DNA of 60,925 nucleotides, filler included, from Asterionella formosa (GCA_002256025.1; 17 parts of 17 records of this genome joined end to end with filler, not necessarily neighbours in it), one strand, 5' to 3'. Numbered from the whole stretch's first letter, positions 1-12,312 are shown. Made by a program: numbers and translations. Notes: a model not told the origin generated them from the sequence alone.

Positions 1-1775
1 GGGAAGACATACAGGCTGAATGGGAAAAATTGGATTGCGACATAGGCAGGGCAATGATAATAGGCAAGAAGGCAGTAAGGAAACCAATGAGGAAACAGTC
101 CTGGTCCAAGCAATTGAGGAAAGCGGCTTATCATCATCAGTATTGGAAAAGGAGATATAAAATGTGTAAATACGGGATAGATGAGGATGAAGTGATGGAG
201 GAACTTCACCTCACAGCGGGAATCCTGCCAACCGAAAAGTGCATATGTTGCTCCAGGGAAATACTGTTATCAAAATGCAGGACCAGCAAGACAAAATTAA
301 GATTGTGCAAAAACAATTGATACCGATTCGCAGGAGGGAGCTGGAAGAAGAGTGAGCTAGAGCATCTAGAGGGTTATTCATCCAAAGAGGCCAGAAAAGA
401 ATGAAAAAGACTCAGAACCATTTTGCAAGCAGAGCAGTCCAAAGCCGGTTTCAACAACTAAAACTGATTTTTAATTCATGCAGAGCTGGAGCATTATCAA
501 AGGTTCTAGTACCTACAATTACAGTAGAAGAATCAATCACAACATGGACTACGGAATTCGAGGCAGAAGGCCTGGAACAGGCATTACTCAAGCACTGCCA
601 TTTCCATTATCGAAAAGCAGCCATCACGTAATTTGGGCATGGACCAATGAGAGATTTACTTGCGTTCAACGGGCTCACTGAGGCAGCGGATCAAATTTTG
701 GAGGGGACAATATTTCATAGTACAGACGAGGACTGCTTTCCATGCGTAGAGATTTTGTTGCGGCAATGGCAATCCCAGAACAGGAAATGAAAGACTTAGC
801 TCCGCTGAACACACAGACTAAATTGGAGGATTTTACCAAAGGAATCAGATAATGGAAGGAATCAACGTCTACTTCTCCAACTGGGAGGCATTTAGTAGGA
901 TACTATAAAGTGGCTCTACAGGATAAGGAACAACTTTCAGAAGGGTACTCAAAAATGATAAATATGCCAGTCCGCTACAGGTTCTCGCCAAATAGATGGC
1001 AAATGCGACATCAGTAATGTTGGAAAAAGACAAAGGTGATCCAAAGATACACAGACTCAGGATTATACATTTGTTTGAAGCAGACTATAATTTATTTTTG
1101 AAACTGATTTGGGGATGACGCATGATAGGAAGAGCAGAAAACTCGGGGTCTTTAGGAGAAGAAATGCAAGGATCAAGGAAAAACAGAAGTACTTTGGATG
1201 TGTTATTTAAGAAAACATTGACATTTGACATAGCAAGACAAGAACAATCAAATCTGGCGCTGCAAGCTGCTATGATAGAATACTTGCAAATCTGGCTATG
1301 CTTTGTTCCAGGAGGTTTGGGGTACCCAAGGAGGCTATACTGGCTCACTCAGAGACTCTAGGTCGGATGAATTACACGATTAAAACTTTGTATTGAACCT
1401 CCCAGGGCTTTATCGAAGTGCAGATCAAGAACAGTTAGCGGGAACAGGTCAGAGGAGTCGCGCCTCCCCGGCTATGTGGCTTTCAATATGTCTCGTTTTA
1501 TTAATAGCATATAAAAGGAATGCGCCAAGGAGCATGAGGTACATTGACCCGACAGGGAGAATTACATTGGATCAAAATGCGGATGCATTTGTAGACAATA
1601 AAAGGATAGGGTTAAATGTCGAAAGAAGCACCAATGGATATCATCACAATGCTGAATACGCTGAGAGAGTGTGCACAACTTTGGGAAAAATGCTTTTCTC
1701 CTCAGGTGGAGCATTGGAACTATTGAAATGCTACTATCAAATGATGCATTGGCATTGGGATCAGCTAGTCCGAAA
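1..1775 (+). mobile_element. Degenerate non-LTR retrotransposon (LINE, diatom Ambal-like), reverse transcriptase region
   Basis: Frame-broken motifs: WKESTSTSPTGRHL, LEKDKGDPKIHRLRIIHLFEADYNLFLKLIWG, MQGSRKNRS, GTGQRSRASPAMW, ADAFVDN (FVDD-like) and SGGALELLKC. Many stops and frameshifts. Confidence 0.85.
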
Positions 1776-1789
1776 TTGAAAATGTGTTT

Positions 1790-2460
1790 GAATCCACCAG
1801 CTTGTTGGACATTCTTGACCCCGCCTCAAGAATCACACCAAGGACAGCGTGATAATCGGATTCCTTTTGATCAGGGGTTAGGGACTGGATTTCCGATAGA
1901 CTTGATGAGGTCAGCTTTGGGATCAATCCGATTGGCTGCCATGCATTGACCTTATTTCTCACATTGGTAGTAAATATACCAAGTGACATTAGGACAGGCT
2001 CCATTGTGTACTTTCCTTTTTCAACCGTGTATGTCTTGTCAATAAAGAACATGAGTGGAACAAGGAAGTCATTTGTCTGAGAACGTAAATAGTATTCATG
2101 GGCATCTATCCACCAGGTACCATTGTTAAATTCGGATCTGACACTGGTGGGTTGTGGTGCTTTACACTGATTGACGAAATCAAATGACACATTTTGTGGT
2201 GACATTAGTGTGTCATTTTTCAAGAGATTCTTAACCTGAGCCATGAAATCAAAACATACAACATCATCAATCAGTTTTCCATCATGCAATATGGCCTGTT
2301 TCACCCCCTTATCGTGCTGCATTGTCACTTCAGTTTTTCGCATCCTGTGTTGCTTGAGCTCCTTCATTTCAGGAAGTGGAAACAGAATGACAAGGAACAT
2401 GAAAGGCATTTGCTCTTGACTTACCATCAATTGATTCCGCCCTTCTCTTCTAAGCCGCAA
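1790..2460 (-). mobile_element. Plavaka (CMC/EnSpm-related) transposase fragment, N-terminal catalytic region
   Basis: ORF 1765..2460 contains SEFNNGTWW...LVPLMFFIDKT...MEPVLMSLGIF...RNKVNAWQPIGLIP...DYHAVLGVIL, the pattern of Plavaka transposases. It is truncated where it meets the LINE. Confidence 0.75.
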
Positions 2461-3500
2461 ATATCATTGTGCTTTATTATCACTTTCGTTTTCCGTGTCA
2501 TCATCTGTGTTAATCCTTCATTTCAGGGGCAAAGTGTATGCATGACAAGGAACCTCATGAAATCATAATTTCAAATGTTTCAGCCATGAATGCATATATA
2601 TAAAGATTTGTAAGAAGTTTAAATGTATATATAGTTGAACATTTGCATAGTTTGAAACACCCTCATGATACGGCACATCCTGTGTATACTTTCATCAATT
2701 TTGATTACACATAATTCAACTATTATACAATGCATGATGAGTTCATAGCTTTCCACGACCTGTTGAGTTTTTTCAATTTTGTTGTGTCAATTCTTGTACC
2801 TACAAGTCAGTGGCTGATTTAATTAAGCCCCTTAATAAACGGGAGTCATCACCAATTTTTCAAATGGTCGAAATCATACATTTATGTACATAGACATATT
2901 AGCCAAAATTCATATGGCCTACCGGTAGTTCTGTATATGTGTACTTGCTGGGAATTACTTTCATCGTGGAAATACCACAATAGTGCAGCGGAAAACTGAA
3001 TATGCTCATGTGTTTAGGATCATTTGATCATATTTTTTAAGATCAATTAATCCTGATTCTTGGAAAAAAATTGTTGATCATTCATTTTCTCATCAACAAC
3101 ACCGTTCATCATATGATCAATATGTTATGATCAAAGGTATAGGATAAACAAATCAAGAATCATCGATTAAAGATCATACTTTATACCGAAGTAGTTGCTC
3201 ATGCATGCAACCCCTTCCTCCCCTGTATGCAGTCCGGAAGTGATAACTCCCAAGCTACCAAATTTTTATGTCTTGTAAGAATTATCGCAGCATGCATGCA
3301 TACATGATGACTCCTACTGGTATGTACAATGCGGGAGTGATGACCACCAGACTACTACCAATCCTATAGATCTTGTAGAATTATCACAACATGGCTGCAT
3401 ATCTACTAATGAAAGGGCGGGAGGAGTCATCCATGCACCTGTATAGTATGAAATATGGAAATGATCAAATATAGCTAGTCTACACAAAGAGCAGTGCATC

Positions 3501-3600
3501 NNNNNNNNNNNNNNNNNNNNNNNNNNNNNNNNNNNNNNNNNNNNTTAATTAATTAANNNNNNNNNNNNNNNNNNNNNNNNNNNNNNNNNNNNNNNNNNNN
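3501..3600. other. Artificial contig linker (44 N + TTAATTAATTAA + 44 N); first of 16. Others start at 7100, 10698, 14296, 17893, 21484, 25079, 28674, 32267, 35859, 39447, 43030, 46613, 50194, 53772, 57350
   Basis: Identical 100-nt block about every 3.6 kb. TTAATTAATTAA gives stops in all six frames, and fragment lengths fall roughly monotonically from 3500 to about 3476. Confidence 0.98.
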
Positions 3601-4248
3601 CCGTATACTTCATTGTCCTGGACCCCCCAATGTACACTGCCGTGACTGAATTTGACTGATTTTACTTAAGGGGGGCCCAGGACAATGAAGAGATTTCCCT
3701 TATAATGGACCTAAGTAAATTTCTTTAGTTCTACAGGATAGCGCACATTTTTCTAAGATGTATTAATATGACAATTATTTCCTTCTTATGAAAAATGAGA
3801 GAGTTCTTCACCTCGCAAGAAAAACGCGACTTCATGTTGTTATCGGCGATCTCAATTTTCGTTGTCATTATTAGTGTTATTACTTTACTTCTTTTACGAT
3901 TGTATTTTCCATGTCATTCTTAATACAGGTAGCAAGTAGCAAAGCGTCGTTCTCTATTTTCGTGGAGATAATTCGTATTTTCGTCATGGTCAAGGTTGCG
4001 ACAACATCATGAAGGATTCTCCAGCTGCTCACAGCCACTACCTGTCGTCTCTTGTGTTTTGTATGTACAAAAGAATCGCAAAATGGTAGCTAAATTATTA
4101 CATACTAGTGCCTACGAGGACAAAAAGAATTATAGCATGTTACTTTGTCTATGACAAGAAAATTATTGGGTGTTTGGTTCCACCTCGAGAAAAATGTACA
4201 GGGGGGTCCAGCAACCATAGGGGGGGTCCAGGACAATGAAGTATACGG
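3601..4248. mobile_element. Non-autonomous TIR element (MITE, Tc1/mariner-pogo-like), 648 bp
   Basis: Perfect 28-bp inverted repeats CCGTATACTTCATTGTCCTGGACCCCCC (3601-3628, 4221-4248), followed by TA at 4249-4250. Extra partial TIR copies at 3670-3690 and 4201-4211. No transposase ORF. Confidence 0.85.
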
Positions 4249-5147
4249 TAGTAATCAACAGTGTGGTACACACATGAATTATGAAGGATGAAGAAAATCA
4301 GATGTATTCCAATGCTATTACTGCTACTACAATGAATCAAGATTCAATGAAAAATGGTACTACTAACACTGTTACTACATTTGGAATAACTGATGCTGCT
4401 ACCATCCCCACAGCACAAAAAACCCGGAAAAGTGGGTCTATTGAATTTGACGAGATTTTTGAGGTTGCCAAAATGGAAGCTTGAATTGATCTTGAATCTT
4501 GCAAGCAAAATGGAGCATCTCCTCCACTCAGATGTGACTGAAAGGATGAGACTATTTGTTGTAAAATTCATCAAGCGGATCATTGCATGCTTCCTGAATC
4601 ATTGCGATGGCAACAGAGACACCACTTTCCACAGCCTCCATCCCCAGTTCCTCCAATCAAAACTCTCCAAAGGCTGCAGATGTGGCAAAGGTTGATTCTA
4701 GATTTAATTTGTTAGCAAGAAATAGCATGGTAACAATAGCAACAACCAGCAGTGACGGATTTCAACCATCACATTTTGTGACATTTACTTTTCATTTCGC
4801 TCTGTGCTGAAGTGCATGACGCAATGATGGAGAGGAATATTGTACAGATGCACACATACACACATACGCAAAAAATAAGTTTTAAAATGTCTCCGTGCTG
4901 ACCTCATAGCGTCGCTGCACCACCATAGACCTGGTCTAGTAGTTGTACTCCCTCTGGAAGGTCCGGTAATCAGCATACATAGCGTGCAGGTTGCTCGTTT
5001 TCTGTTCATCGATTCACATACAAGAAAAGGCAGGGGTACACCCCCAAAAATTGTCGAACCCCTAAATTTTGCCCCACTCCTTTATTCTTTAAATAGTTGT
5101 TTACATAGATGTTAAGCCGTTACTCATTTTATTGTCAAAATTAACTT

Positions 5148-5680
5148 TAAGTCAGCAGTCAGTAATTTGAAGTCAGCAGTCAGCAATTTCATATCATCAG
5201 TCAGCAGTCAGCGATTTTTTCAAAATTTCAGCGAAACAAAGTCCGCAGTCAGTTGCCAGCAAACTGAAGTCAGCATTTTTACGATAGTAAATAGTGGTAG
5301 CAATATGAAAAAGTAGATAGCAATGATTTTTTTAGGCATCAATGTCTATTTCACATTTTATAATTATGTACGGAGTACCTGGTACCTCTTTGTTACTCCC
5401 AATAGTATGAGTGTAGAAGGCATCGCTTTCAGTATCCCAACAACAAAAAGATGCTTCCATCGTTATTAAATATGAAAAGTAAATATGACTTCTACACCGG
5501 TACTGGTAGATGGTCTCTTCCTAAGAACAAAGTAGGTTGCTTGACGTCAGCAAGTTGAAGTTAGCAGTCAGCGATTTCATGTCAGTAGTCAGCAAATTTT
5601 CAGCAAATCAAGTCAGCAGTTTGCAACAAGAAGTCCGCCGTCAGCAAGTTGAAGTTGGTAGTCCTTAGCGATTCTGCTGT
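5148..5680. repeat. Two clusters of degenerate AGTCAGC repeats, probably transposon subterminal repeats
   Basis: Many (A)GTCAGCA units at about 5148-5275 and 5545-5650, separated by a non-repetitive spacer. Confidence 0.6.
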
Positions 5681-6070
5681 GAAAGGTGGCAGCGCTTTTC
5701 CGTTTAAAATTTTTATAACGGTTACAGGTAATCTTCTTTTCGGAGTTGGTGAGTTGGTCAGACTTCCAATGAAGTAGGTTGAAACCGCTACGTGGAATTT
5801 TTAGTTTATAGTGCGCGCAATTTGCTGATTACCGGACCTTCCTGGTGGGTGAAAACAATTGCGTCAATTCGTTGGCACCACTACTAGTGCCAAGCAGCTT
5901 ATTTCAGGAGGGATTACGTTGACAACATACCAATTTTTTACGTGAGATTCGTACCCCCTTATGTACATGTACAGAAAAAATAACAGCATATTGTTTTATT
6001 CTATTTGTTAATATATAGTTGCTATAATAGAATTATTACTGGCTGGTCACCATCATGGAACAACAACCAC

Positions 6071-6190
6071 ATGAGGGGAATGGCTTAGTGATTAGCACAC
6101 CTCTTGAGGTGGCCGCAGGTTCGATTCCTGCATTCTCTACCTGTCATTCTTTTATGTAGTCCCTAGGGTTCCGGTTTGTGTGGCTGATGG
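6071..6190 (+). mobile_element. tRNA-derived, SINE-like repeat head, copy 1
   Basis: A-box-like TGGCTTAGTG at 6081 and B-box GGTTCGATTCC at 6118-6128 within a perfect T-arm (GCAGG-TTCGATT-CCTGC). Acceptor-like pairing GGGGAAT/ATTCTCT. The anticodon arm is aberrant. A homologous copy lies at about 51950-52070 on the - strand. Confidence 0.6.
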
Positions 6191-6239
6191 GGAGACAGGC
6201 AGGTCCCGCTGTACTGCACAGACAAATCAAACCAGTGCT

Positions 6240-7099
6240 AATTGTGTCCATTTATTTGGGCATGAGTGCGCTTGTTGGATAGCTTTAATGTGGTACTATA
6301 ATTATTAATTGACAATTGTTTCTTGGAGCAACAACCAGCCAGCACATGAGCAATGCCAATGACATTTGGGGTGTTTTGATGCATATCCTTGACCTGGGGT
6401 GAGAGGTACTTCAATGATTGAAGCTGCAAGTAGCAAGCTTGTTGTTCTGTGATTGTCAAGTTGAATACTAACAGGCTCGGGCAGTGATGGCCTTGATTTT
6501 GTTGGCTTGCCGGAAGTGTTGCTGCTTCATTGAATCATTTTCGACCTCCTGTTGATGCAGAAATATTTCAAGCTTGTTGTAATTGTGGTCCAATAAACAT
6601 ATTAGAGATGTGTTAGACTAATCTTGATTTCTAGCACGATCCAATTTGTAAAACCCACACAAATTATTACCAGCATAGGCAGGATTAGATACAAATGCAT
6701 ACACAGGCACCACTCTAGGAATTGCATATCCTTGTTCACAAAATTTGGGCATGCCAGCGCACCAAAAATGGAAATTTTGTTGATCATAGAAACCATTTGA
6801 ACCTAGAAAATATCTCGTTTATTGTTATTCATGTTTTAGACCATGAAGAAAACAACGATGAAGGTGGTTTGTTCATAATGTTTAGCGGTCCAGAAGTCAT
6901 TGTCATGTACCCCCTCCAATTAACTGGTTGCCCTGTTAACTTTATATCTCATCTATCCCAAGCAGCTGCATCAGGGAACATAATCACTTCCGAAATGAGT
7001 GATTGCTTGCATTGTTGTCTTAGATGTATGTTGTCTTAGAACCATTCACCCTAACTGGCCACTTCTCCCAAATTGCTGGTATCATGTTGTTGTTGATGT
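6240..7099 (-). mobile_element. Possible highly decayed LINE remnant (endonuclease-like region)
   Basis: Broken peptides WTTI...KIKAITA.RAC...TITEQQACYLQ loosely resemble LINE endonuclease motifs. Very degenerate. Confidence 0.25.
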
Positions 7100-7619
7100 N
7101 NNNNNNNNNNNNNNNNNNNNNNNNNNNNNNNNNNNNNNNNNNNTTAATTAATTAANNNNNNNNNNNNNNNNNNNNNNNNNNNNNNNNNNNNNNNNNNNNG
7201 CAGGTACCTATTTGTCAACATTGTTTGGGTCAATCCATTCTTGTTCCCGCAAGACCAGCAGCAATTATCCCTTTACTTCCTCTCCTCCCAAGAACCTTCA
7301 TTTCTCTTTCACAATTGTCCTGATGTATGCAGAGAATTTTTAGTTCCCTTTTGATTTTTCAACTGGTTTTGATCCCTTTTGCATTCAAGTCAAGAAACAA
7401 GCTACTCATTCAGAAGGCTTCTATTTGTTTGCCCCCGCCCACTTGGCATTCTACCATTGCTTCAATAACAGTAAAATTGAAAACTGTGTGTAGATGAAAT
7501 GTGACTTCGTCTGCAAATAAAAACTATCATATTCCTATTATGCATCACAGGATTGTGATCTTCTGATCAATATTATTCGTTATATCACCTAATAATTTTG
7601 ATAAATGCCCTTGTAATTT

Positions 7620-8252
7620 AAATTGAAAATAAAATGTCAACAAGAACAAGTAGAATGTTTTTGTTTACAAGTTGATTGGCGAGATTGTCATGCTGGTGGT
7701 CGACGAAATGGATTTACTATTTACACAGCGCTGTGTGCAAAACCATTCCGAGTTCGAATGATTTCTTCTCTGTTAACTCTTAATTCAATGATTATGAAAA
7801 TAGGTTCACTGCACATGACGATTACTCAAAGATATAATGATCACTTGACCAAGCAACAATTGAAGACGTTATCGCAGACAATCATTCCACTTGTCATCGC
7901 TAGTATTTCGTTGTTGTTGTTGCAAAAATCGGAGTGATTACAGATGTAAATGACGAGCCAAATTACATTACCGGTACTTTAGCTGGTTGTATATTGAATT
8001 ATCATATGTTTTTTCTATTAGATTCCTGTATTTGAATTTCTTGGTGCTCCTCGAAAAGTCGGTGTCCGTGTCATCATCAATTGAGGTACAAGAGTCCTTC
8101 ATCATTGTGGTTTGCCGCTGGAAAAATTGGTACCCATCATATTGTCATTTGCTCGTTGGAACTGTCCGTTGCCTCAAGCAAACCTGCTTAGCGTGTGTGT
8201 ACGTACACTGTTGACTTGTGTAGATTATATTACACTGTGCTCTGTTCAACAA
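7620..8252. repeat. Dispersed non-coding blocks A (7620-7800), B (about 7990-8220) and C (8228-8252), shared with fragment 25179-28673
   Basis: A matches the reverse complement of 25179-25350. B matches 25500-25940 in the same orientation. C (TATTACACTGTGCTCTGTTyAACAA) matches 26581-26605. Confidence 0.8.
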
Positions 8253-9443
8253 TTACTACACTGGGTTACCATCACACCAGTTGGACCTCCACAAGCGCTG
8301 CCAAAAACTCTGCGTTTCCCTTCCACTGTTTTACATCATAGTCTTCTGGCCCTTTGACAGCTTTCCAAATAGCATTTCATGGATTTCATGCAAAGGATCA
8401 GTCAAAAAAGAAACGTGACTTACTTCCGTCGTTTACACTACTCGACTTTTTGTTTTCGGAAAAGAATATGAAGAAGCTTATGAAATCAATCGAAGATTCC
8501 TTTGAATACACTCAAATAACAGATGAATTTGAACAGATTCATAATACTCCAGAAAAAATAATGAAGCAAGTATGCCGATACAATAGTGGCAGAGATTGAA
8601 AAGAAGGAAAGATTGCTTTCGAAAGCAAGAGGAATCTCAAACATTTGTTCTTTGCGGATGAAGACTCTATTCCTACAGAGTCACAGTTCCATCCAGTGTC
8701 GTATTTTGCTCCTCATTCTCCTGAAATCGCTGATAATGAGGAAAAACTCAATGATTCTCATTCATTTGATGAACAAATTCATGCGATGAATGAAAATACC
8801 GGCGGAAATGTGGGAGACATCACTTCTGACGACAAATAGAAATGGTTGAAAAGTTGCAAAACCAAGAAATGTATCTCACTATTTGTCCAGAACATCAAGA
8901 TGAACACCATGAAAGCAGAGAAATTATTGCATTTCTTAAAGAAAAGCTATTCAGGAAAAAGTCTGCGCTAGATCAAGGCCTCGAATTCAAGAAGATCAAT
9001 GCAGACAGAGATGTGATGCTGGCTAAGGCAGTTGATGCACTGAGTCGGAAACGAAGCTTGAAGCACAAAATTGAATCTTTTTCCTAATTAGCTATACATG
9101 GTGGAAGAAAAAGAATTTCTTTGTAAAATCTTTGAGAACAATCCCGAAGGCAGCAAGCTACTTTTGTGAAGAGTCGGCATGTGATATGTGTAGAGTTGTT
9201 GTGCCAAATCAAAACTGCATTTTCCTTGAGTTGGCCGAAAACACATGGACAACTAAAATTGTGAAAAGATTTGTACACACATACCCCACAAGAAATATGC
9301 AATTACACCTCTGTATTTTATGGAGTCAAAGGTGGTATGAAAATCATCTTCAGATTTTAAAGATGTTGCAAATTGGCACCTTGAAACAATTGACTCTATG
9401 ATCTGTTGTTGGTTCTTGATTTTTGCTAGTGTAGATATTTTTG

Positions 9444-10045
9444 CTAATCAGTGCATGTGTCCATTTTGGTATTTGCCCATTTCTTCATTTGCTCTTGATC
9501 AAGAAAAGCAGTTTTTGTTGTTTCAGTGATATGTTTATGATCAGAGATGTTCTCTGGAATATCTGGTGATTTTCTTTCTTTAAAAATACATGTCCATTCT
9601 TCAGGGATAGTCCGATAATTGTACATTGATTCCAAAATGTACTTAAATATTACAAGTAATAATTGATGAAGAACCTCAAATGGAGTTGCACCAAATAATC
9701 CTTCTAAGTCACCACCAAAAATTGATTTATTAGTGCAGGCATAATAGGATTATGCGATATAACATGGCACCACTCGTTTGCTGTTGCGTATTTGCCATTA
9801 GATTGGGAGACACAATACTCAGGTGGGATACATGGTAATTTTCCATCGGGATATGCATTTTTGTCAAGAAATTTGTTTAAAAACTTTTTAACATCTGACA
9901 CTTTACAACGTTCACATCCGATAGCGGGATTTTCAGCATCTTCAGTTGAAACCAGGCAATCACGACATACATATCGTCGATATACTAATCCATTACCACA
10001 CCTGAAACCACAAATTTTGTTGTGCTTGTCAGAATGCATCACTAG
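9444..10045 (-). mobile_element. Plavaka transposase fragment, central region, frameshifted
   Basis: HSDKHNKICGFRCG...YVCRDCLVSTEDAENP, then in another frame FGGDLEGLFGATPFEVLHQLLLVIFKYILE. These match the GHDKLCG...CRxC and TPxxLHxLxLGxxK motifs of Plavaka transposases. Confidence 0.7.
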
Positions 10046-10053
10046 TGATCATT

Positions 10054-10527
10054 CCAATCTGGAAATAAACTTTGGTCATACCAAAACCATGAACCCAAAT
10101 ATCGTATGACTTGTTTGGATCGCTCTTCGAAAGGCGACAATAGAAATCCTGTAACAGAATGGAATAATTTGAGCCGACATAAGGACAAGTCGTCACCAGA
10201 TAACTTATTATTCATTTGTTTCCTCTCCAGATCACTGACTTCAATGTCTGGCAAAAGAGATACCAACTGCCATCCATCAACTTTTTTCCAATCTGGAAAT
10301 AAAATTTTGTTATACCAAGACCATGAACCCAAACATCGTATGACTTGTTTGGATCGCTCTTCGAAAGGCGACAATAGAAATCCTGTAACAGAATGGTATA
10401 ATTTGAGTCTATATAAGGACAAGTCTTCACCAGTAGATAACTTATTATTCATTTGTTGCTCCAGATCACTGACTTCAATGTCTGACAAAAGAGATACCGA
10501 TTGCCAGTCATCCATCAACTTTTTTCC
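10054..10527. repeat. Tandem duplication, 234-bp period, in frame (78 aa) within ORF 10042..10518
   Basis: CCAATCTGGAAATAAA starts at 10054 and 10288. The peptide WQxVSLLxDIEVSDLE...LFPDW occurs twice. Confidence 0.92.
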
Positions 10528-10999
10528 TTCATTCTAACGTTAAATTTAAGATTGTCAACAAAAACATATACTTGGAATGTTTCATTTGTTTATCAATACT
10601 AGGTGAACCATCACTGAAAACCTCTAGGGCGTAAAATAAACACCCTGTCTTCAACACTCCTTTTTCTGATGCAGGAGAATTGTTGAATGCATTTTCANNN
10701 NNNNNNNNNNNNNNNNNNNNNNNNNNNNNNNNNNNNNNNNNTTAATTAATTAANNNNNNNNNNNNNNNNNNNNNNNNNNNNNNNNNNNNNNNNNNNNCGT
10801 GATAATGACTGTGACCATGTATTTAGTAACTAGGTATGATATTATATATGCTTATATGTAGTATTGGCAAGGCAATCAGGGGGTAGTGGTTGTGTTCGTT
10901 CATGTATATAATTCATAGGCATAATGGTCATTCAGAAAATCTATTCTTATTTGCAAGTTCTACTAGTCGTAGTCAACAAGGTCAAGTCGTACATCTAAC

Positions 11000-11430
11000 C
11001 CGCGTATTACGTGAAGTGACCATCACATAAATAAGCCTAGTTGATTTTGAATGCATCACATGAATTAGTTGAAAACATCAAAATACGTAGTTGAATATAT
11101 CTATATATTATCTGAATACATCACCTTAAATATTTGATCAAAGTATCATGCATGCATTCCTGATCATCACTTTATTACGTCATCACCTTCACGTAATTAT
11201 TTGAAATACATCAAGTAATTATTTGCAATACTTCACGTAATTCTGTAATTTAGTTCACATTGCCTCATAATTTCGTTCACACAATTCTAGAATAAAGTTC
11301 ACTTAATATGTAAAATATGTTTACGTAATTTTATGGAGTTCATTCAACTAATTATCACAAGGTTGTTCAACTAATTATCTGAAGGCCATTCCACTATTTT
11401 TCTGAAGGTTGTTCAACTATTTTACTGTAG
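11000..11430. repeat. Degenerate short AT-rich repeats (TTCACGTAATT / GTTCAACTAATT), subterminal-repeat-like
   Basis: Many imperfect copies of these motifs. Confidence 0.5.
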
Positions 11431-11494
11431 GTAGTAATTCACCTAAATGAAAGAGTTTCATCAATGAAATAAAGCCTGCTCATTTGGAATGGCA

Positions 11495-12312
11495 TGCAAA
11501 TGCTCCTGCACTGAAAGGTTTTGCTGCAATGTCAATTGAATGTAGAGGAAGATCAGTGTGAGTTATCAGTAGCGTTGCTCATATAGCCGTCAAAATAGCG
11601 CAGTAATCTTACCAGAACAACTTTCATTGCGGACCTCATTGTCCCTGTTGTCAACAACAATGCGTGAGCTGACAAGCCATACTAGCATTTAGGTACGCAA
11701 CAAAAACACACTCACCATTCAACTGTATTGCAGAGTTCTTTTATTTGAGTCGAGGTGGCTGCTGGCACATAAAGTTTCGCATAGTCGTTCAATAATTCAG
11801 TAGAAATACAGCAGCAGGCAGCATGACAAACAGCATGTCAAAACACACTAACAACTCATGATTTACGGAGCCCTGTTATCATATGACATTAACACAGAAT
11901 CAGAAAGCAACAATACTCAATCCTGGATTTCATCCGAATGCTCCTGAATTGAAAGGGTTTGCTGCAATGTCAATTGAATGTAGAGGAAGATCAGTGTGAG
12001 TTATCAGTAGCGTTAATCTTACCTGAACAATTTTCATTCTGGACCTCATTTTCCCTGTTGACAACAACAATGCGTGAGCTGACAAGCCATACTAGCATTT
12101 AGATACACAAAAATACATATTAATCTAGCTGCTGAAGAGCCAGTAGGGGGTGATTGACTGTTGGCCGCATTGATTGGTTACTTTTTCACCATGCTAATTT
12201 TTGTGTTTGTGGAGCCTGCTGTGTGGCAAACTCCTGGCGCGGCCTGGATTCTCTCGTTGTACCACAACAACGTACATTCTACCAGAAAAACACCGGCGCG
12301 GTCTTGCTAAAT
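11495..12312. repeat. Dispersed repeat with an internal duplication (about 11495-11700 vs 11935-12110); also present at 52915-53424
   Basis: GCTGCAATGTCAATTGAATGTAGAGGAAGATCAGTGTGAGTTATCAGTAGC occurs three times in the window. 11815-12312 aligns by eye with 52915-53424. Confidence 0.9.

Noticed and set aside
3545..3556. Regularly spaced TTAATTAATTAA as a biological repeat or CRISPR-like array
   Set aside because: Always embedded in 44+44 N; it is a six-frame-stop linker added during concatenation.
6075..6139. Functional tRNA gene
   Set aside because: No 7-nt anticodon loop, a weak D-arm, and homology to a second copy extends beyond the tRNA part.
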